Virus record (IMG/VR): IMGVR_UViG_3300035042_000092
Coordinates: 1 to 36,329 of that record
Strand: one strand, 5' to 3'
Source: a virus
Lineage: Duplodnaviria > Caudoviricetes
DNA length: 36,329 nt
The position numbers were made by a program, and so were the translations under genes. The notes beneath the pieces are model-generated. The model did not search any database. It saw only the letters and a list, made by a program, of their open reading frames with translations, and was not told the origin of the DNA. How positions within the stretch are numbered: the first letter of the stretch is position 1; every line of letters starts with the position of its first letter. Shown here in pieces: positions 16,861-26,581 of the stretch.

Positions 16861-17042
16861 AATACGCTTACCTCCTGGATCTCGACTACTTCTCCCCAGG
16901 TGCGGCAATCGGGGCAGACTACGTTTTTGATGGTGGTCACTCCGCCGGATGTGGGTTTGCTGGTGACGCTGCGGCGCTGGGTGGTGAATATGCTGGTAGT
17001 GCAGCCGGGGTTGGTACATTTGCCGGTTACTGTGTATTTCAT
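16857..17042 (-). CDS. Small zinc-binding protein
   Basis: CTNPGC...CPDC; ATGA overlaps on both sides. Confidence 0.6.
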   Translation of the reverse strand: MKYTVTGKCTNPGCTTSIFTTQRRSVTSKPTSGGVTTIKNVVCPDCRTWGEVVEIQEVSVL

Positions 17043-17836
17043 GCCTGGGCCTCCTTCATACGTTTGATCTCGCGCCGGATGTACCAGAGGGCTTTTTCGA
17101 GATCTTGGATGGGGTCGCCTTTTTGCCCTGCGCGCCAGATGTATTTGATGGCGTTGCCGGTGCAGAAGTTCATGTGCTCGGTTATGTCGATGCACTCGAT
17201 GCCGGAGGGGTGGACGGTGTAGTGGGTCGGGTGGTTTACTGCGTCCGGCTTGGGCTTGGTGCCCTGGTGGGCGGTGCCCACCCTGCTTTGGGCGCGTTCT
17301 CCCTTTTTTTTGTCCAGGTTTTTGCGCAGGTTTTCTTTTGCCTGTTCTACCCGTTGGGTGCCGGCGGTTTTTGCTTTTCTTTTATTGTGGTAGTGCCAGC
17401 GCTGATAGCACTTGCGGCACATGCCGCGTGATTCTATTCTAGTTAAGGCGCCGCATTCGGCGCAGTGTTCTTTTTGGTTGCCGCCGCGGTTGGATGGGTA
17501 GTTTGCATCCAGGGTGCCTTCGCGCTCTTCACGTCGGTAGCACTTAGGGCAGAGCCCGCGCCCATGGTTGTGAGTTTCTGCGCCGCAGCTTTTGCATTTT
17601 ATGAGCTTTTTTGCGCTCTTTTGTGCCGGTTTATGCGCCGGTTGCGGCGTTGGCGGCGGAGTTTTTTTATCGTTCTGCTGATTTTCCATAATCTCCCGGG
17701 CAGTCCTTTCAAAGTCGGGATCTCCGGGCTTGATGATCCGCAGGGGGTTGCGTTTGAGCATCTCTTGCTGGTGGATGTGATCCTGCTCGTTTTCTTTGTG
17801 GGGTATGCCGTAACTTCTTTCCATTTTCGCCTCCAC
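17039..17836 (-). CDS. Zinc-finger repeats plus C-terminal DUF3310-like domain
   Basis: Two CxxC..RG(L/M)CxKCY units; DAVNHPTHY..IECID..FCTGNAIKYIWRA..K..QDLEKALWY. Confidence 0.75.
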   Translation of the reverse strand: MEAKMERSYGIPHKENEQDHIHQQEMLKRNPLRIIKPGDPDFERTAREIMENQQNDKKTPPPTPQPAHKPAQKSAKKLIKCKSCGAETHNHGRGLCPKCYRREEREGTLDANYPSNRGGNQKEHCAECGALTRIESRGMCRKCYQRWHYHNKRKAKTAGTQRVEQAKENLRKNLDKKKGERAQSRVGTAHQGTKPKPDAVNHPTHYTVHPSGIECIDITEHMNFCTGNAIKYIWRAGQKGDPIQDLEKALWYIRREIKRMKEAQA

Positions 17837-17838
17837 AT

Positions 17839-18264
17839 CTAAAATGGGATCTCGTCTGAGGGGTCAAACTCGGGTTGACCCTGCTGTGGGTGTGCCTGGT
17901 CCGGTACCTGGGTGCTGCCCTGGTTAGCTGGCCCATCGCTGGCGCGTCCGAGCATCTGCATTTTGTCTACTACGATTTCGGTGGTGTAGCGCTCGATGCC
18001 GTTTTGGTCTGTCCATTTTCTTGTGGAAAGTTTCCCCTCAACATAGATCTGTTTGCCTTTATGTAGGTACTTCCCGGCTATTTCGGCAAGCTGACGCCAG
18101 AACACCAGGCGCGACCATTCGGTTTTTTCCTGCTTGTTGCCGTCGCGGTCGGTGTATTTCTCGGTGGTGGCGAGGTTTACGGTGGTGACGGCGGTGCCTG
18201 CTGGGGTGTAGCGCAGTTCGGGATCGGCACCACAGTTGCCTACTAAAATCACTTTATTGACCAT
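17839..18264 (-). CDS. ssb: Single-stranded DNA-binding protein
   Basis: [35 protein letters not shown]. Confidence 0.97.
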   Translation of the reverse strand: MVNKVILVGNCGADPELRYTPAGTAVTTVNLATTEKYTDRDGNKQEKTEWSRLVFWRQLAEIAGKYLHKGKQIYVEGKLSTRKWTDQNGIERYTTEIVVDKMQMLGRASDGPANQGSTQVPDQAHPQQGQPEFDPSDEIPF

Positions 18265-18265
18265 G

Positions 18266-18571
18266 TTATTTTTCCTCCTGATCCATCTGGATGGTTGGCG
18301 TCGGCATCTGGTAATAACCGCGCTCGTCGTTTTTCTTTACTACCTGGTCGATGGCTTCGAGGACGCGCTCGATGCCGTGTTCTTTTTCGAGGATCCGGAC
18401 ATAGGTCTCGATGCTGTGCCAGGTGTCGATTACTTCTTCGATGGTGCGGTGTGCGGGTTCGGCGTTGACGATGCTGTTGCGGATCTCGTCGGCTTCGCTA
18501 AGGATGTGTTGCTGTTGTTCATCCAGGGTGTTGGTTTCGGCGAAGCGTGTTTTTGGGAATAGGTAGATCAT
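18266..18571 (-). CDS. MazG-like nucleotide pyrophosphohydrolase-type protein
   Basis: [21 protein letters not shown]; start at ATGA overlap with primase stop. Confidence 0.55.
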   Translation of the reverse strand: MIYLFPKTRFAETNTLDEQQQHILSEADEIRNSIVNAEPAHRTIEEVIDTWHSIETYVRILEKEHGIERVLEAIDQVVKKNDERGYYQMPTPTIQMDQEEK

Positions 18572-19986
18572 TTTGATTGCTCCGTGGTTTGGGTGTCGGG
18601 GCCGTTTTTGTATATAACGCCATCGAATATGTTGGCGGTGGTGGTGATGATGTCGGCTTCTTCGGCTACATCGAGGCCGAATAGCTTGAGGCCGTTTTGA
18701 TTGAGCCAGTGGTTGCGCTGGGCTTCGTCCATCCGGGCGAGGGTTTTTACTTCCTCGCGGGTGACGGTGTTGTAGCCACTCTGGATGGCGAAGGGCTGTT
18801 TTTCTTCCTGGGTATTGACGATGCCGAGGAAGTAGCCGCTTTTGGTGGGTACTATGGCTGGCTCTGGGAGCGGGTCGGTTTCTTTTAGTGGCTCTGGCTC
18901 TGGTGGTGGCGTGAAGTGCCACTGCTGGGGGATACCGGCGGCTATCCATTGCTTGATGTTGATGCCTTGTTGGTAGGCTTCGCCGGGGTCTTTGCCTGCG
19001 GGCACGGGCCAGCGTTGGGCTTGATCGTAGTTTTTTTGCCACCATTGCCATGCGTTTGCGCCGGGGCGGTTGCCGTTTTTATCCTGGGTGTCGAAATCGA
19101 GGCTGACAAGGATCAGTTTTGCTTGCTGGAGGATCCGGGTGCAGCGCTGGTCGGGTTTGGCGGAATCGTTGCCGAGGGCGATTACGCTGGTGAGTTTACC
19201 TGCGTGGTGGTTGATGAGGGCGGCGTCGAGCTGGGCTTCGACTATGGTGACTACCTGGGCGTTGTTATCGTGCAGGGTGGGTGCGGTGCCGCCGCCGGGG
19301 ATTACGTAGTAGCCGAGATCGGCGAGCTGGCCGGTGCGGTCCTGGTTGGGGCGGCGGATGCGGATGCTGTCGACATGCCCATTGATTATGTTGGGGATGA
19401 CGATGCCGCGCGGGATCCAGAGGGCGTCGGGTTTTTTGTTTTGGGTTTTGGGTTCGATGCCCCATTTTTGGCGGCTGCTGAAGGTGAAGGTTTTGGTACC
19501 GGTTTCTATCCAGCCGAGGGTGTTGTGTTTTACGGCGTCGAGATCTAGCCCACGACTTTGCAGGTACTGGAGCTGCTGGGGGTTGTTGAGCAGGTCGGCG
19601 TGGGCTTTTTTTACGAGCTCTTGGGCCTGGTGCTGCCATGCTTGCGCGGGGGTGCGGCATTCGCGCGGTGTTGGTGCGCTGGTGGTGGTGGTTTTGATGT
19701 TGGGCAGGCTGTGGGTGTTGTGGTGATGTTGTTCGAGCTGCTTGCCGGTGCGTTTGGCGGCTTCTTTAAAGGTGAGGCCGTTGTACTCCATGAGGAAGCT
19801 GATGCAATCGCCGCCGAGGTTGCACTGGCGGCACCAGTAGCTGCCCTGCCCTTCGTGCTGCTGGGGCCAGGTATGGAAGCGGTCGGTGCCGCCGCAGCGC
19901 GGGCAGGGGCTGTGGTACTCGCCGCCGTTTATGCTGCTGACGCGCTTGGGGGTGATGCCGTGTTCTTCGAGGAGTTGGAGTATCAT
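18568..19986 (-). CDS. DNA primase (Zn-binding domain plus TOPRIM)
   Basis: EYHSPCPRCGGTDRF, WCRQC..GGDCI, IVEAQLDA, LDFD, GKDPGE. Confidence 0.88.
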   Translation of the reverse strand: MILQLLEEHGITPKRVSSINGGEYHSPCPRCGGTDRFHTWPQQHEGQGSYWCRQCNLGGDCISFLMEYNGLTFKEAAKRTGKQLEQHHHNTHSLPNIKTTTTSAPTPRECRTPAQAWQHQAQELVKKAHADLLNNPQQLQYLQSRGLDLDAVKHNTLGWIETGTKTFTFSSRQKWGIEPKTQNKKPDALWIPRGIVIPNIINGHVDSIRIRRPNQDRTGQLADLGYYVIPGGGTAPTLHDNNAQVVTIVEAQLDAALINHHAGKLTSVIALGNDSAKPDQRCTRILQQAKLILVSLDFDTQDKNGNRPGANAWQWWQKNYDQAQRWPVPAGKDPGEAYQQGINIKQWIAAGIPQQWHFTPPPEPEPLKETDPLPEPAIVPTKSGYFLGIVNTQEEKQPFAIQSGYNTVTREEVKTLARMDEAQRNHWLNQNGLKLFGLDVAEEADIITTTANIFDGVIYKNGPDTQTTEQSK

Positions 19987-19999
19987 ATTTTGGCCTTTG

Positions 20000-20300
20000 T
20001 GCTGTTTGTGCAGTTTGCAAACCAGAAATTCATATCTTCATGCAAACTACATTCAAAACTTCATGGTCTCTTTTTTAGGCTTTCTTCTTTTATTTCAACT
20101 ACTTATCTATTTACCTTTGTATTAATAATGTAAAAATGTAGTTTTATCGGGGAATTAGAGCAAAAAATATAAAAGCCCCTATCCCCCACAGCTCCATCAT
20201 GCCAAAGCAAACTACATAACTGCACGATTGCCGCGTAAGCACCTGAAATCTTTGGGATTAGGGTGTGCAGTTTTTGCGTGTAGTTTTGATGTAGTTATGC
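20000..20300. other. Candidate replication origin with short iterons
   Basis: AT-rich gap between helicase and primase genes with AAACT(A/G/T)CA(T/C)-like motifs in both orientations. Confidence 0.55.
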
Positions 20301-20302
20301 AA

Positions 20303-21901
20303 TTAGGCGTGAAATTCGACGCGTATGCCGTAGAAGCCATTGCCTTGTCCTTTGCGTTTGAATGAAAATTTGCGGCGCAGAGATTCGTTGAAGGTGTTGC
20401 GTCCCCAGGCGCGGTCGCCGTAGCCTTCTTCGATGATCCATTTGGAGAAGTCGGCGTATAGTTCTTTGCCGAGGCTCCATGTTTGTGGGTCGCTGGTGTC
20501 GCAGCGGTCTTTGATCCACTTGAGGAGGATGTCTTCGTCTTCCTGATACTCGCGGGTTTTGTCGATTACGCTGGCTGGTGGTGCGAGGCCGATGTTGTGG
20601 TACTCCATGAGTTTGCGCATGAGTTTGGAGAGGATCAGGGGCGCTTCTTCGTAGAGTTTGCTTTTTAGCTGGGGATCGGCTTTGCATTCGAGCCTGGTTG
20701 GGTCTGGTTTGCGGTCTTTGACGAAGTGGACGGGGAACTCTATGAGTTTGAAGCGCGCCCAGAAGGCTTCGTCGTCGCCGTATACTCGGGGCTTGTCGTT
20801 GGTGAGCAAAAACAGTGTGTGCGTGGGGGTAAATTCGTGGTATTTGCCGGAGTTTAGTGTGCGGGCGCTGATGGTGTCGCCGCCGGTCATGTTTTTGAGG
20901 GCTCCGGCGCTGAAGCGTTGGCGGCGGTCTACTTCTGAGGCCCAGGCTAAGCGGAGGCCGCGTAGCTTTACGAGCTCGGGGCGTGGGCCGCTGCTGTTTT
21001 GGGCGAAGTGGTTTTCCATGACGAGGCTGGCGGGGATGGACCCGGCTAGGGGGCCGAGGATGTAGGCCATTATCTCCATGAGGGTGGATTTGCCGTTGCG
21101 TCCGCGCGAGCCGTAAAGGCAGTAGAAGTCGTGTTCCCAGTCGAGGCCGGTGAGTGCGTAGGCGAATACGCGCATGAGGTAATCGACGCGATCGGGGTGT
21201 CCGGGCTGGATCTGCTCCATGAAGCGGTTGAAGTTTTCTGGCTCGGGTGCGTCGAGCCCTTGGTATGGCACGTTGCAGGTGCGCATGAGGTAGTCGCTCT
21301 GGCGTCCGGGGCGGAGCTTGCCGTTGCGCAGGTCTACTACTCCGTTTGGGCAGCTGAGCAAAAGGGGCTGTTGGTCGATCTCGTTGCCGCCGATGGCCAT
21401 GATCCAGTTGCCGTGGTTGTCTTTTACGTGGCGCGCCATTTTTACGCAGTTGGTGACGCCGCGATCAGAGCGGAGTTTGTCGATGCGCCCGAGGATCTTC
21501 TTGCGCTTGTTTTTCAGATATGAGGCGAGGGCTGTTTCCTCCTGCGCGAGTGCGGCCTTGAGGTCTTCTTCGATGTCCGGCAGAAGGCTGGCGTAGCAGA
21601 GGGCGACTTTTTCGGCGGCGGCGTAGTGTTCCTCCATCTCGTCGAGCTGCCAATGGTGTCCGGTCCAGCACATCCACTGTTCGAATACGTTGTTGTACTT
21701 GAGCTGGTTGTAAAGCAGATGCGAGTACAGAATGCCGTCGCCGCGCTCGTTACCTTCGAGGCATTTTTCGATGATGGCGCGGTCGATGTCTTCCGGAGCT
21801 GGCGGAGCTGCTGGCTGGTCGGCTGAGTCGGTACCCTCCTCCGCAACCCTGGCCGCAACCATCTGCTTCATCTGCTCAATGTCGTTTACCTCTTCAGCCA
21901 T
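20303..21901 (-). CDS. P4/D5-family primase-associated SF3 helicase
   Basis: NGVVDLRNG, GSRGRNGKST (Walker A), LRGLRLAWASE, KNMTGGDTISAR, TNDKP, FWAR. Confidence 0.92.
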   Translation of the reverse strand: MAEEVNDIEQMKQMVAARVAEEGTDSADQPAAPPAPEDIDRAIIEKCLEGNERGDGILYSHLLYNQLKYNNVFEQWMCWTGHHWQLDEMEEHYAAAEKVALCYASLLPDIEEDLKAALAQEETALASYLKNKRKKILGRIDKLRSDRGVTNCVKMARHVKDNHGNWIMAIGGNEIDQQPLLLSCPNGVVDLRNGKLRPGRQSDYLMRTCNVPYQGLDAPEPENFNRFMEQIQPGHPDRVDYLMRVFAYALTGLDWEHDFYCLYGSRGRNGKSTLMEIMAYILGPLAGSIPASLVMENHFAQNSSGPRPELVKLRGLRLAWASEVDRRQRFSAGALKNMTGGDTISARTLNSGKYHEFTPTHTLFLLTNDKPRVYGDDEAFWARFKLIEFPVHFVKDRKPDPTRLECKADPQLKSKLYEEAPLILSKLMRKLMEYHNIGLAPPASVIDKTREYQEDEDILLKWIKDRCDTSDPQTWSLGKELYADFSKWIIEEGYGDRAWGRNTFNESLRRKFSFKRKGQGNGFYGIRVEFHA

Positions 21902-21985
21902 TTAACACCTAACTATCCGAAATCACGCAAACAAATTCCATTTTTCCAAACGAAATTCAATTCTCAAATGGACACAAATATTGGG

Positions 21986-22025
21986 GCTTTGCCGCCCGCT
22001 CTACGCTGTACGCCCAGAAGGACCC
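21986..22025 (-). other. Candidate lambda-like cos site (cosQ plus cosN-like)
   Basis: GGGTCCT, 21 nt, GGGCGGCAAAGC; compare lambda GGGTCCT..GGGCGGCGACCT; terminase is GpA type. Confidence 0.6.
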
Positions 22026-22094
22026 GCGACATTTCGCCGCGAGCCATGAACATTTGAATCTGGAGCGCCTGCAGCACAGAGGGGGTGCGGGGGA

Positions 22095-22280
22095 TCATCT
22101 GTCCGCCCGATACACAGCGTGCTGGACAACAAGCTCCTGATCCATCAGCCGCCGATACTCCTCGGCGGCCTCAGCCTGGCGCTCCTGCTGCCACTCAAGC
22201 GCATCGAGCGCCATGTCGCACAGCATGAATGTAGCTCCGCACCAGACGATTACGCCGATAACAAACTTGATTCCCTTCAT
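22095..22280 (-). CDS. Small membrane-anchored hypothetical protein
   Basis: GGAGGAG RBS; hydrophobic N-terminus MKGIKFVIGVIVW. Confidence 0.55.
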   Translation of the reverse strand: MKGIKFVIGVIVWCGATFMLCDMALDALEWQQERQAEAAEEYRRLMDQELVVQHAVYRADR

Positions 22281-22432
22281 GCTCTCCTCCTCCTCATCGC
22301 TCGCAAGGCACACAGCAGGCCGTGGTAGTAACCGATCAGATAATCTTGGTTGCCCTCTAAACTCCGCAAAAGCTTTCGCTCCTGCCAAGCCAAAACAATC
22401 AAATGCTGCCTTGCAAAACTCTTATCAGCCAT
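22277..22432 (-). CDS. Small hypothetical protein
   Basis: GAGGAGG RBS before MADKSFAR; ATGA overlap downstream. Confidence 0.5.
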   Translation of the reverse strand: MADKSFARQHLIVLAWQERKLLRSLEGNQDYLIGYYHGLLCALRAMRRRRA

Positions 22433-22567
22433 GTTGCCCTCCTCAATCCTCACGCTCAAAAAGCCCCCGGCGGCGCGTAAGGAGGAAACAACCGCCGGGG
22501 CAAGGGTCGCAGGCCCTATGGCTGAGAACGCCGTGCAGACGGGCCGGAGCTGCACAGCGTGGGGGGA

Positions 22568-22870
22568 TCAGTTAGCCGCAGGGCGCCTGTTGCCGTCGCG
22601 CTCCATCAGCTCGCGGTGATTGCACAAAAACCACTCCCATGATTCCTGCGTAACAAAAGTCTTAGCCCCCACCTTCATGGTCCGCAGATACCCGCGCTTC
22701 TTCCAATCCCGGATAGTCCACTCGCTAACGTGACCACCCAGGATCTGCACCAGGTCTTCCGGAAACTTGTACATCACCGGCAGAGCTGCGACTTTCACCA
22801 CACCGCTGCTCATAGCCTGCTGCACCGCCTGGCTCACAATCTGCTGAAGATCATCGCGGGTAATATCCAT
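22568..22870 (-). CDS. Excisionase-like winged-HTH protein
   Basis: VSEWTIRDWKKRGYL..KVGAKTFV; in the Cro/CII operon. Confidence 0.65.
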   Translation of the reverse strand: MDITRDDLQQIVSQAVQQAMSSGVVKVAALPVMYKFPEDLVQILGGHVSEWTIRDWKKRGYLRTMKVGAKTFVTQESWEWFLCNHRELMERDGNRRPAAN

Positions 22871-23346
22871 CACAGTCTCCGATCCATCGGGCACGCATCC
22901 TCAACCGCGTGTAAAAACGCCGCCAAAGCCTCAACCGCCTGCCAGCCCTCGCGCACAACCTCGCTCCGCTCCCGCCGTGTAATCTTCCCATCAGCCAGAG
23001 CATCAGCCGCAACCGCAGCCAACTCCCCGAACTCATGCACACACTCAAGCATCTGCTTCGTCGTGCTATCATTTACCTGCTTGACGTCCGGTATCGGTAT
23101 CAACGCCTGGTTAAAACGCCGCGCCAGATAATGCAGCGGCAACAGCGCATCATCACCAGCACCCTGGATCTGAGCCTCACTAACAACCGCCTCGATCCTG
23201 TCCAGCGGGTTATACGCACCGCTCTGACTAAAATCATTCATCGGCTGCTGCCAGCGATACACCAGCTCCTGCGAACACCGCAGACGTTTAGCGATTGCCT
23301 TCGATCTCTTCCCGATCGCCATGTCCAATGCTTCCCACGATTCCAT
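22870..23346 (-). CDS. Phage regulatory protein, CII-like
   Basis: N-terminal HTH; EFGEL..ALADGKITRRE C-terminal motif; follows cro. Confidence 0.75.
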   Translation of the reverse strand: MESWEALDMAIGKRSKAIAKRLRCSQELVYRWQQPMNDFSQSGAYNPLDRIEAVVSEAQIQGAGDDALLPLHYLARRFNQALIPIPDVKQVNDSTTKQMLECVHEFGELAAVAADALADGKITRRERSEVVREGWQAVEALAAFLHAVEDACPMDRRL

Positions 23347-23395
23347 CAGCCTTCTCCTCTCGCTTTACAAAAATGTGCAAACAAGCAATGTAAAG

Positions 23396-23605
23396 TTACT
23401 GCTTTTTAGGGTACTTTTCAGACATGAAATGGTTAAGCTCGGCGACAGAAGCAAAGGCCCATTTTTCTTTTGGGATGCCCGTTTCAGCCTCAAGCCGACA
23501 AGACAAATCCCTGCTGGGGCGCCATTTGCCTTTAAGTATCGCGCCGAAGTGCTGAGGGGTTATCCCGACCCTCGCTGCTATTTCTTTACGTATTCCATGT
23601 CTCAT
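23396..23605 (-). CDS. Cro-like HTH regulator
   Basis: EIAARVGITPQHFGAILKGKWRPS; divergent from the repressor. Confidence 0.8.
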   Translation of the reverse strand: MRHGIRKEIAARVGITPQHFGAILKGKWRPSRDLSCRLEAETGIPKEKWAFASVAELNHFMSEKYPKKQ

Positions 23606-23702
23606 GGGTACTAGAAGTAAAGCATTGACGGATAACTGTCAATATAAAAATAAAGAAACACATGATTTTTATAGAATTGGCAAGTTATCAAGGGGGTGCT
23701 AT

Positions 23703-24206
23703 ATGGAAGGAATGGCAAACACTGAAGAAAGTTTCATACGCGCATTACAGCGAGAAATAGATGAACAAGGATATGGCGCCCAGAAAAAGCTGGCCGAAAA
23801 GCTGTCTGTTTCGCGCCAGCATCTGAATGACATAATCGGGGGAAGAAAATCAGCAGGCAAAAGACTGCAAGAACGTATTGCTGATGCTTATGGCTTTGAA
23901 TATGAAAATTTCTTGGCACTCGGTCGAATGCTCTTGGAAGGTGTCCCAGAAGAAGAGGTAAAGCTAAAAGCAAGCGTACTCCGCAAGCGCCCAGACACCC
24001 ACAGGGTTGAAAAATCGGTGTACATAGGCGGCACAGGTGGAAATCACACAGTAAGCGAAGGCACTGACAATTCTTTGCTCACCAGCGATGAACGCCGCTT
24101 GCTCGAAACATACCGAAAACTGGACTCAGAAAACAAATATCACGCACTAATCACGCTCATGGAGATGGAAGTCGCACAATTTAAAAACCAAAATAAAGAC
24201 ACTTGA
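23703..24206 (+). CDS. CI-like XRE repressor, no S24 peptidase domain visible
   Basis: QKKLAEKLSVSRQHLNDIIGGRK; C-terminal LTSDERRLLETYRKL. Confidence 0.82.
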   Translation: MEGMANTEESFIRALQREIDEQGYGAQKKLAEKLSVSRQHLNDIIGGRKSAGKRLQERIADAYGFEYENFLALGRMLLEGVPEEEVKLKASVLRKRPDTHRVEKSVYIGGTGGNHTVSEGTDNSLLTSDERRLLETYRKLDSENKYHALITLMEMEVAQFKNQNKDT

Positions 24207-24308
24207 TACACCACCACCACGGTAAAACCTTAAAATAAATACAACAATCTTGTATTGTTTTTAATAACCGCCTAACCTCTCCTTAAAAAACCCACACAGG
24301 AGAGCGCC

Positions 24309-24470
24309 ATGCACAAAACAATACAAATATCGCCCCAGGAATACCGCCTACTACGCTATACACGCAGGCTCAGCAAACCAAACCTGGAGCGCATAACAAA
24401 AATCATTAAAGCAGCACTGATCTGTCAGACACGGCCCTCGCGCCGTGATATTTTTTATCATGTCGATTAG
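24309..24470 (+). CDS. 53-aa protein resembling the repressor C-terminal helix motif
   Basis: AGGAG RBS; ISPQEYRLLRYTRRLS vs LTSDERRLLETYRKLD. Confidence 0.5.
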   Translation: MHKTIQISPQEYRLLRYTRRLSKPNLERITKIIKAALICQTRPSRRDIFYHVD

Positions 24471-24507
24471 TAAATATTCGTTTTAATGTGTAAAGGAAGG
24501 GCAAGAA

Positions 24508-24837
24508 ATGGCAATAATCAAATGCGAGGAATGTGGCGCAAAATACAGCGACAAGGCACCGGGTGGCTGCCCGACATGCGCCAGCATCAAGCAGTCAGAA
24601 AAAGCGCACTCCTACATCTGCAAAAACTGCGGCAGCAAAGTAAGACCCCAAAAAATAACTAAAGGGCACATCATAATAGAAATAGTGCTATGGATCGCAT
24701 TTTTCCCAGCAGGCATAGTATATTCGCTCTGGCGCCACTTCACACGCATCACAGGTTGCCCCAGATGCCAAAGCAAAGAACTCGTCCCGCTTAGGACACC
24801 AGCAGGCAGAACCATAGCCAAAGAATTTAGCGGGTAA
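24508..24837 (+). CDS. Zinc-ribbon membrane protein
   Basis: CEEC/CPTC/CKNC/CPRC and one hydrophobic segment. Confidence 0.7.
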   Translation: MAIIKCEECGAKYSDKAPGGCPTCASIKQSEKAHSYICKNCGSKVRPQKITKGHIIIEIVLWIAFFPAGIVYSLWRHFTRITGCPRCQSKELVPLRTPAGRTIAKEFSG

Positions 24838-24926
24838 CCCATGTCAGGCGGCCCATAAAAACGTAACGGAAAACAAGAGTTGTTGGACGTGCCGTATGGG
24901 TAGGTGTCGAAATACAGGAGGGAAAA

Positions 24927-25370
24927 ATGTTTAAAAAATCTGTTTTAATTGCTTCGATCATTTTGTTTACAGCCTCAATTAGCTGTGCAGCTCCGCGCAC
25001 AGTGTATAAATTCAACACAGACGGCAACAAGTATCTTTATGCTCAAACAGAGGCACAGCACACCGATTACTTCTGGAACGTGCCAGGCAACACATATTTT
25101 TATACTTCAGCCGCGGCAGACCTCGAAGACACAGAGCATAACCGCAACCTCATAATGAAGGCTGTTAAGCCAGCATACATGAACATTTCTGCCAGAATAG
25201 ACTGGAACGGGATAATTCCACACAAGAAGCGTGGATATTGTGTCCCATCCAATAAGCCAGGTGCTGCATTCGGGATAGACTTCATCTCAGACAAAGGATT
25301 CATAAAAAGCTTTGTAGTCGGTACATCTGTGCATTGCAGCTACCTCGAGCAACATAAACCAAGGCAATAA
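24927..25370 (+). CDS. Exported hypothetical protein
   Basis: Signal-peptide-like N-terminus; AGGAGG RBS. Confidence 0.65.
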   Translation: MFKKSVLIASIILFTASISCAAPRTVYKFNTDGNKYLYAQTEAQHTDYFWNVPGNTYFYTSAAADLEDTEHNRNLIMKAVKPAYMNISARIDWNGIIPHKKRGYCVPSNKPGAAFGIDFISDKGFIKSFVVGTSVHCSYLEQHKPRQ

Positions 25371-25373
25371 CCC

Positions 25374-26528
25374 ATGGCATCCATCAGCAAAATAAACGGC
25401 CAATACCGCATCCGGTATTACCTGCACACACCAGACGGGCAAAAGCTCGAACGCAATCGGCGTGCGCATAAAAAAGGGATCGCCAACGAGGTAAAATCCC
25501 TGGCCGATATCCTCGAAAGCCGCACAAAGCGCCAAGAGTACAGCGCCGACGATGTAAAGCTATGGCTGCGCGAAGAAATCATCAGCAAAAAAGATGCCCA
25601 AGCCCTCAACCGGCGCACCAACGCAACCAAAACCCTCGAACAGGCCGCCGACGAATGGCGCAGCACCTGGGGCAACATCTCCACCCAGGAACGCAAAACC
25701 CGCAACGCCCGCATCGAGCGCATCCTGCAGATCCTCGGCGCAGAAACCGAGATCGGGCAGATAACCTACCTCGACGCCGAGCGCCTAAAAAACACCCTAA
25801 GCCAGATGCAGGTCCACACGCATTTAAGCAAGGGCACCAAACCGCTCAAAGCGCGCACGATCAACCGCCACCTTGGCGATCTCCGCGCCATCTTCAAAAT
25901 CCAGCTTGCGCAGCAAGCAATAACCCACTACCCGTTTACCCTGCTCAAAAACCTCAAAATCCCCACGCATGAAGAAATTGAGCCCACGGTCCTCACCATG
26001 GAGCAGATCCAACAAGTAATCAGCGCCGCCGAAAAACAGGACCAAAAAAGCCACCGCCCACCCCTCGGCGGACATCTAACCCTGTACCTGCTCGTGCTCT
26101 TCGGCTGTGGCATCAGACGTAAAGAAGCCATGAACGCCAGGCTCGAAAACATCAACTGGCAAAACCGCACCTTGGAACTCAAAATCACAAAAACAGGCAA
26201 GCCCCGCACAATAGGCCTCGGGACAAAGCTGTACAACCTCCTGCTGCCCAAACGCGGGCAAACCGGCCCCATACTACCACCCTACTCCGCCACCAACATC
26301 AGCGAGGTGATATCGCGCCATTTCGCTAAATGCGGCATCAAGATGCGCCTGCACGACACCCGCCACACCTACGCCACCAGGTTGCTGGATCTCGGCATCA
26401 ACAAACGCCTGGCAGCAACCCGCACTGGACACACAACCGAACAAATGCTAAACCACTACGACCACCCAGAAGCGCCCGAGATCTACGAAGACGATTTCGA
26501 ATTCATGCACGACAAAAAATCAAGTTGA
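25374..26528 (+). CDS. int: Tyrosine integrase
   Basis: GIRRKE (R), TKTG (K), LHDTRH (HxxR), TGH, HY; adjacent to a tRNA-derived att core. Confidence 0.93.
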   Translation: MASISKINGQYRIRYYLHTPDGQKLERNRRAHKKGIANEVKSLADILESRTKRQEYSADDVKLWLREEIISKKDAQALNRRTNATKTLEQAADEWRSTWGNISTQERKTRNARIERILQILGAETEIGQITYLDAERLKNTLSQMQVHTHLSKGTKPLKARTINRHLGDLRAIFKIQLAQQAITHYPFTLLKNLKIPTHEEIEPTVLTMEQIQQVISAAEKQDQKSHRPPLGGHLTLYLLVLFGCGIRRKEAMNARLENINWQNRTLELKITKTGKPRTIGLGTKLYNLLLPKRGQTGPILPPYSATNISEVISRHFAKCGIKMRLHDTRHTYATRLLDLGINKRLAATRTGHTTEQMLNHYDHPEAPEIYEDDFEFMHDKKSS

Positions 26529-26581
26529 CGGTAACCAAATGGTAAGCACCCCGCCAACTTGCCGGAATCGTTAATCTCTGT

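Noticed and set aside
18572-19051. N-terminal extension of the 261-aa ORF 18266-19051
   Set aside because: Overlaps the primase out of frame; the plausible start is the ATGA overlap at 18571.
25374-26528. Integron integrase serving the attC sites
   Set aside because: The segment between catalytic K and HxxR is short, with no room for the IntI-specific insertion; the gene sits beside a tRNA att site, ~10 kb from the attCs.
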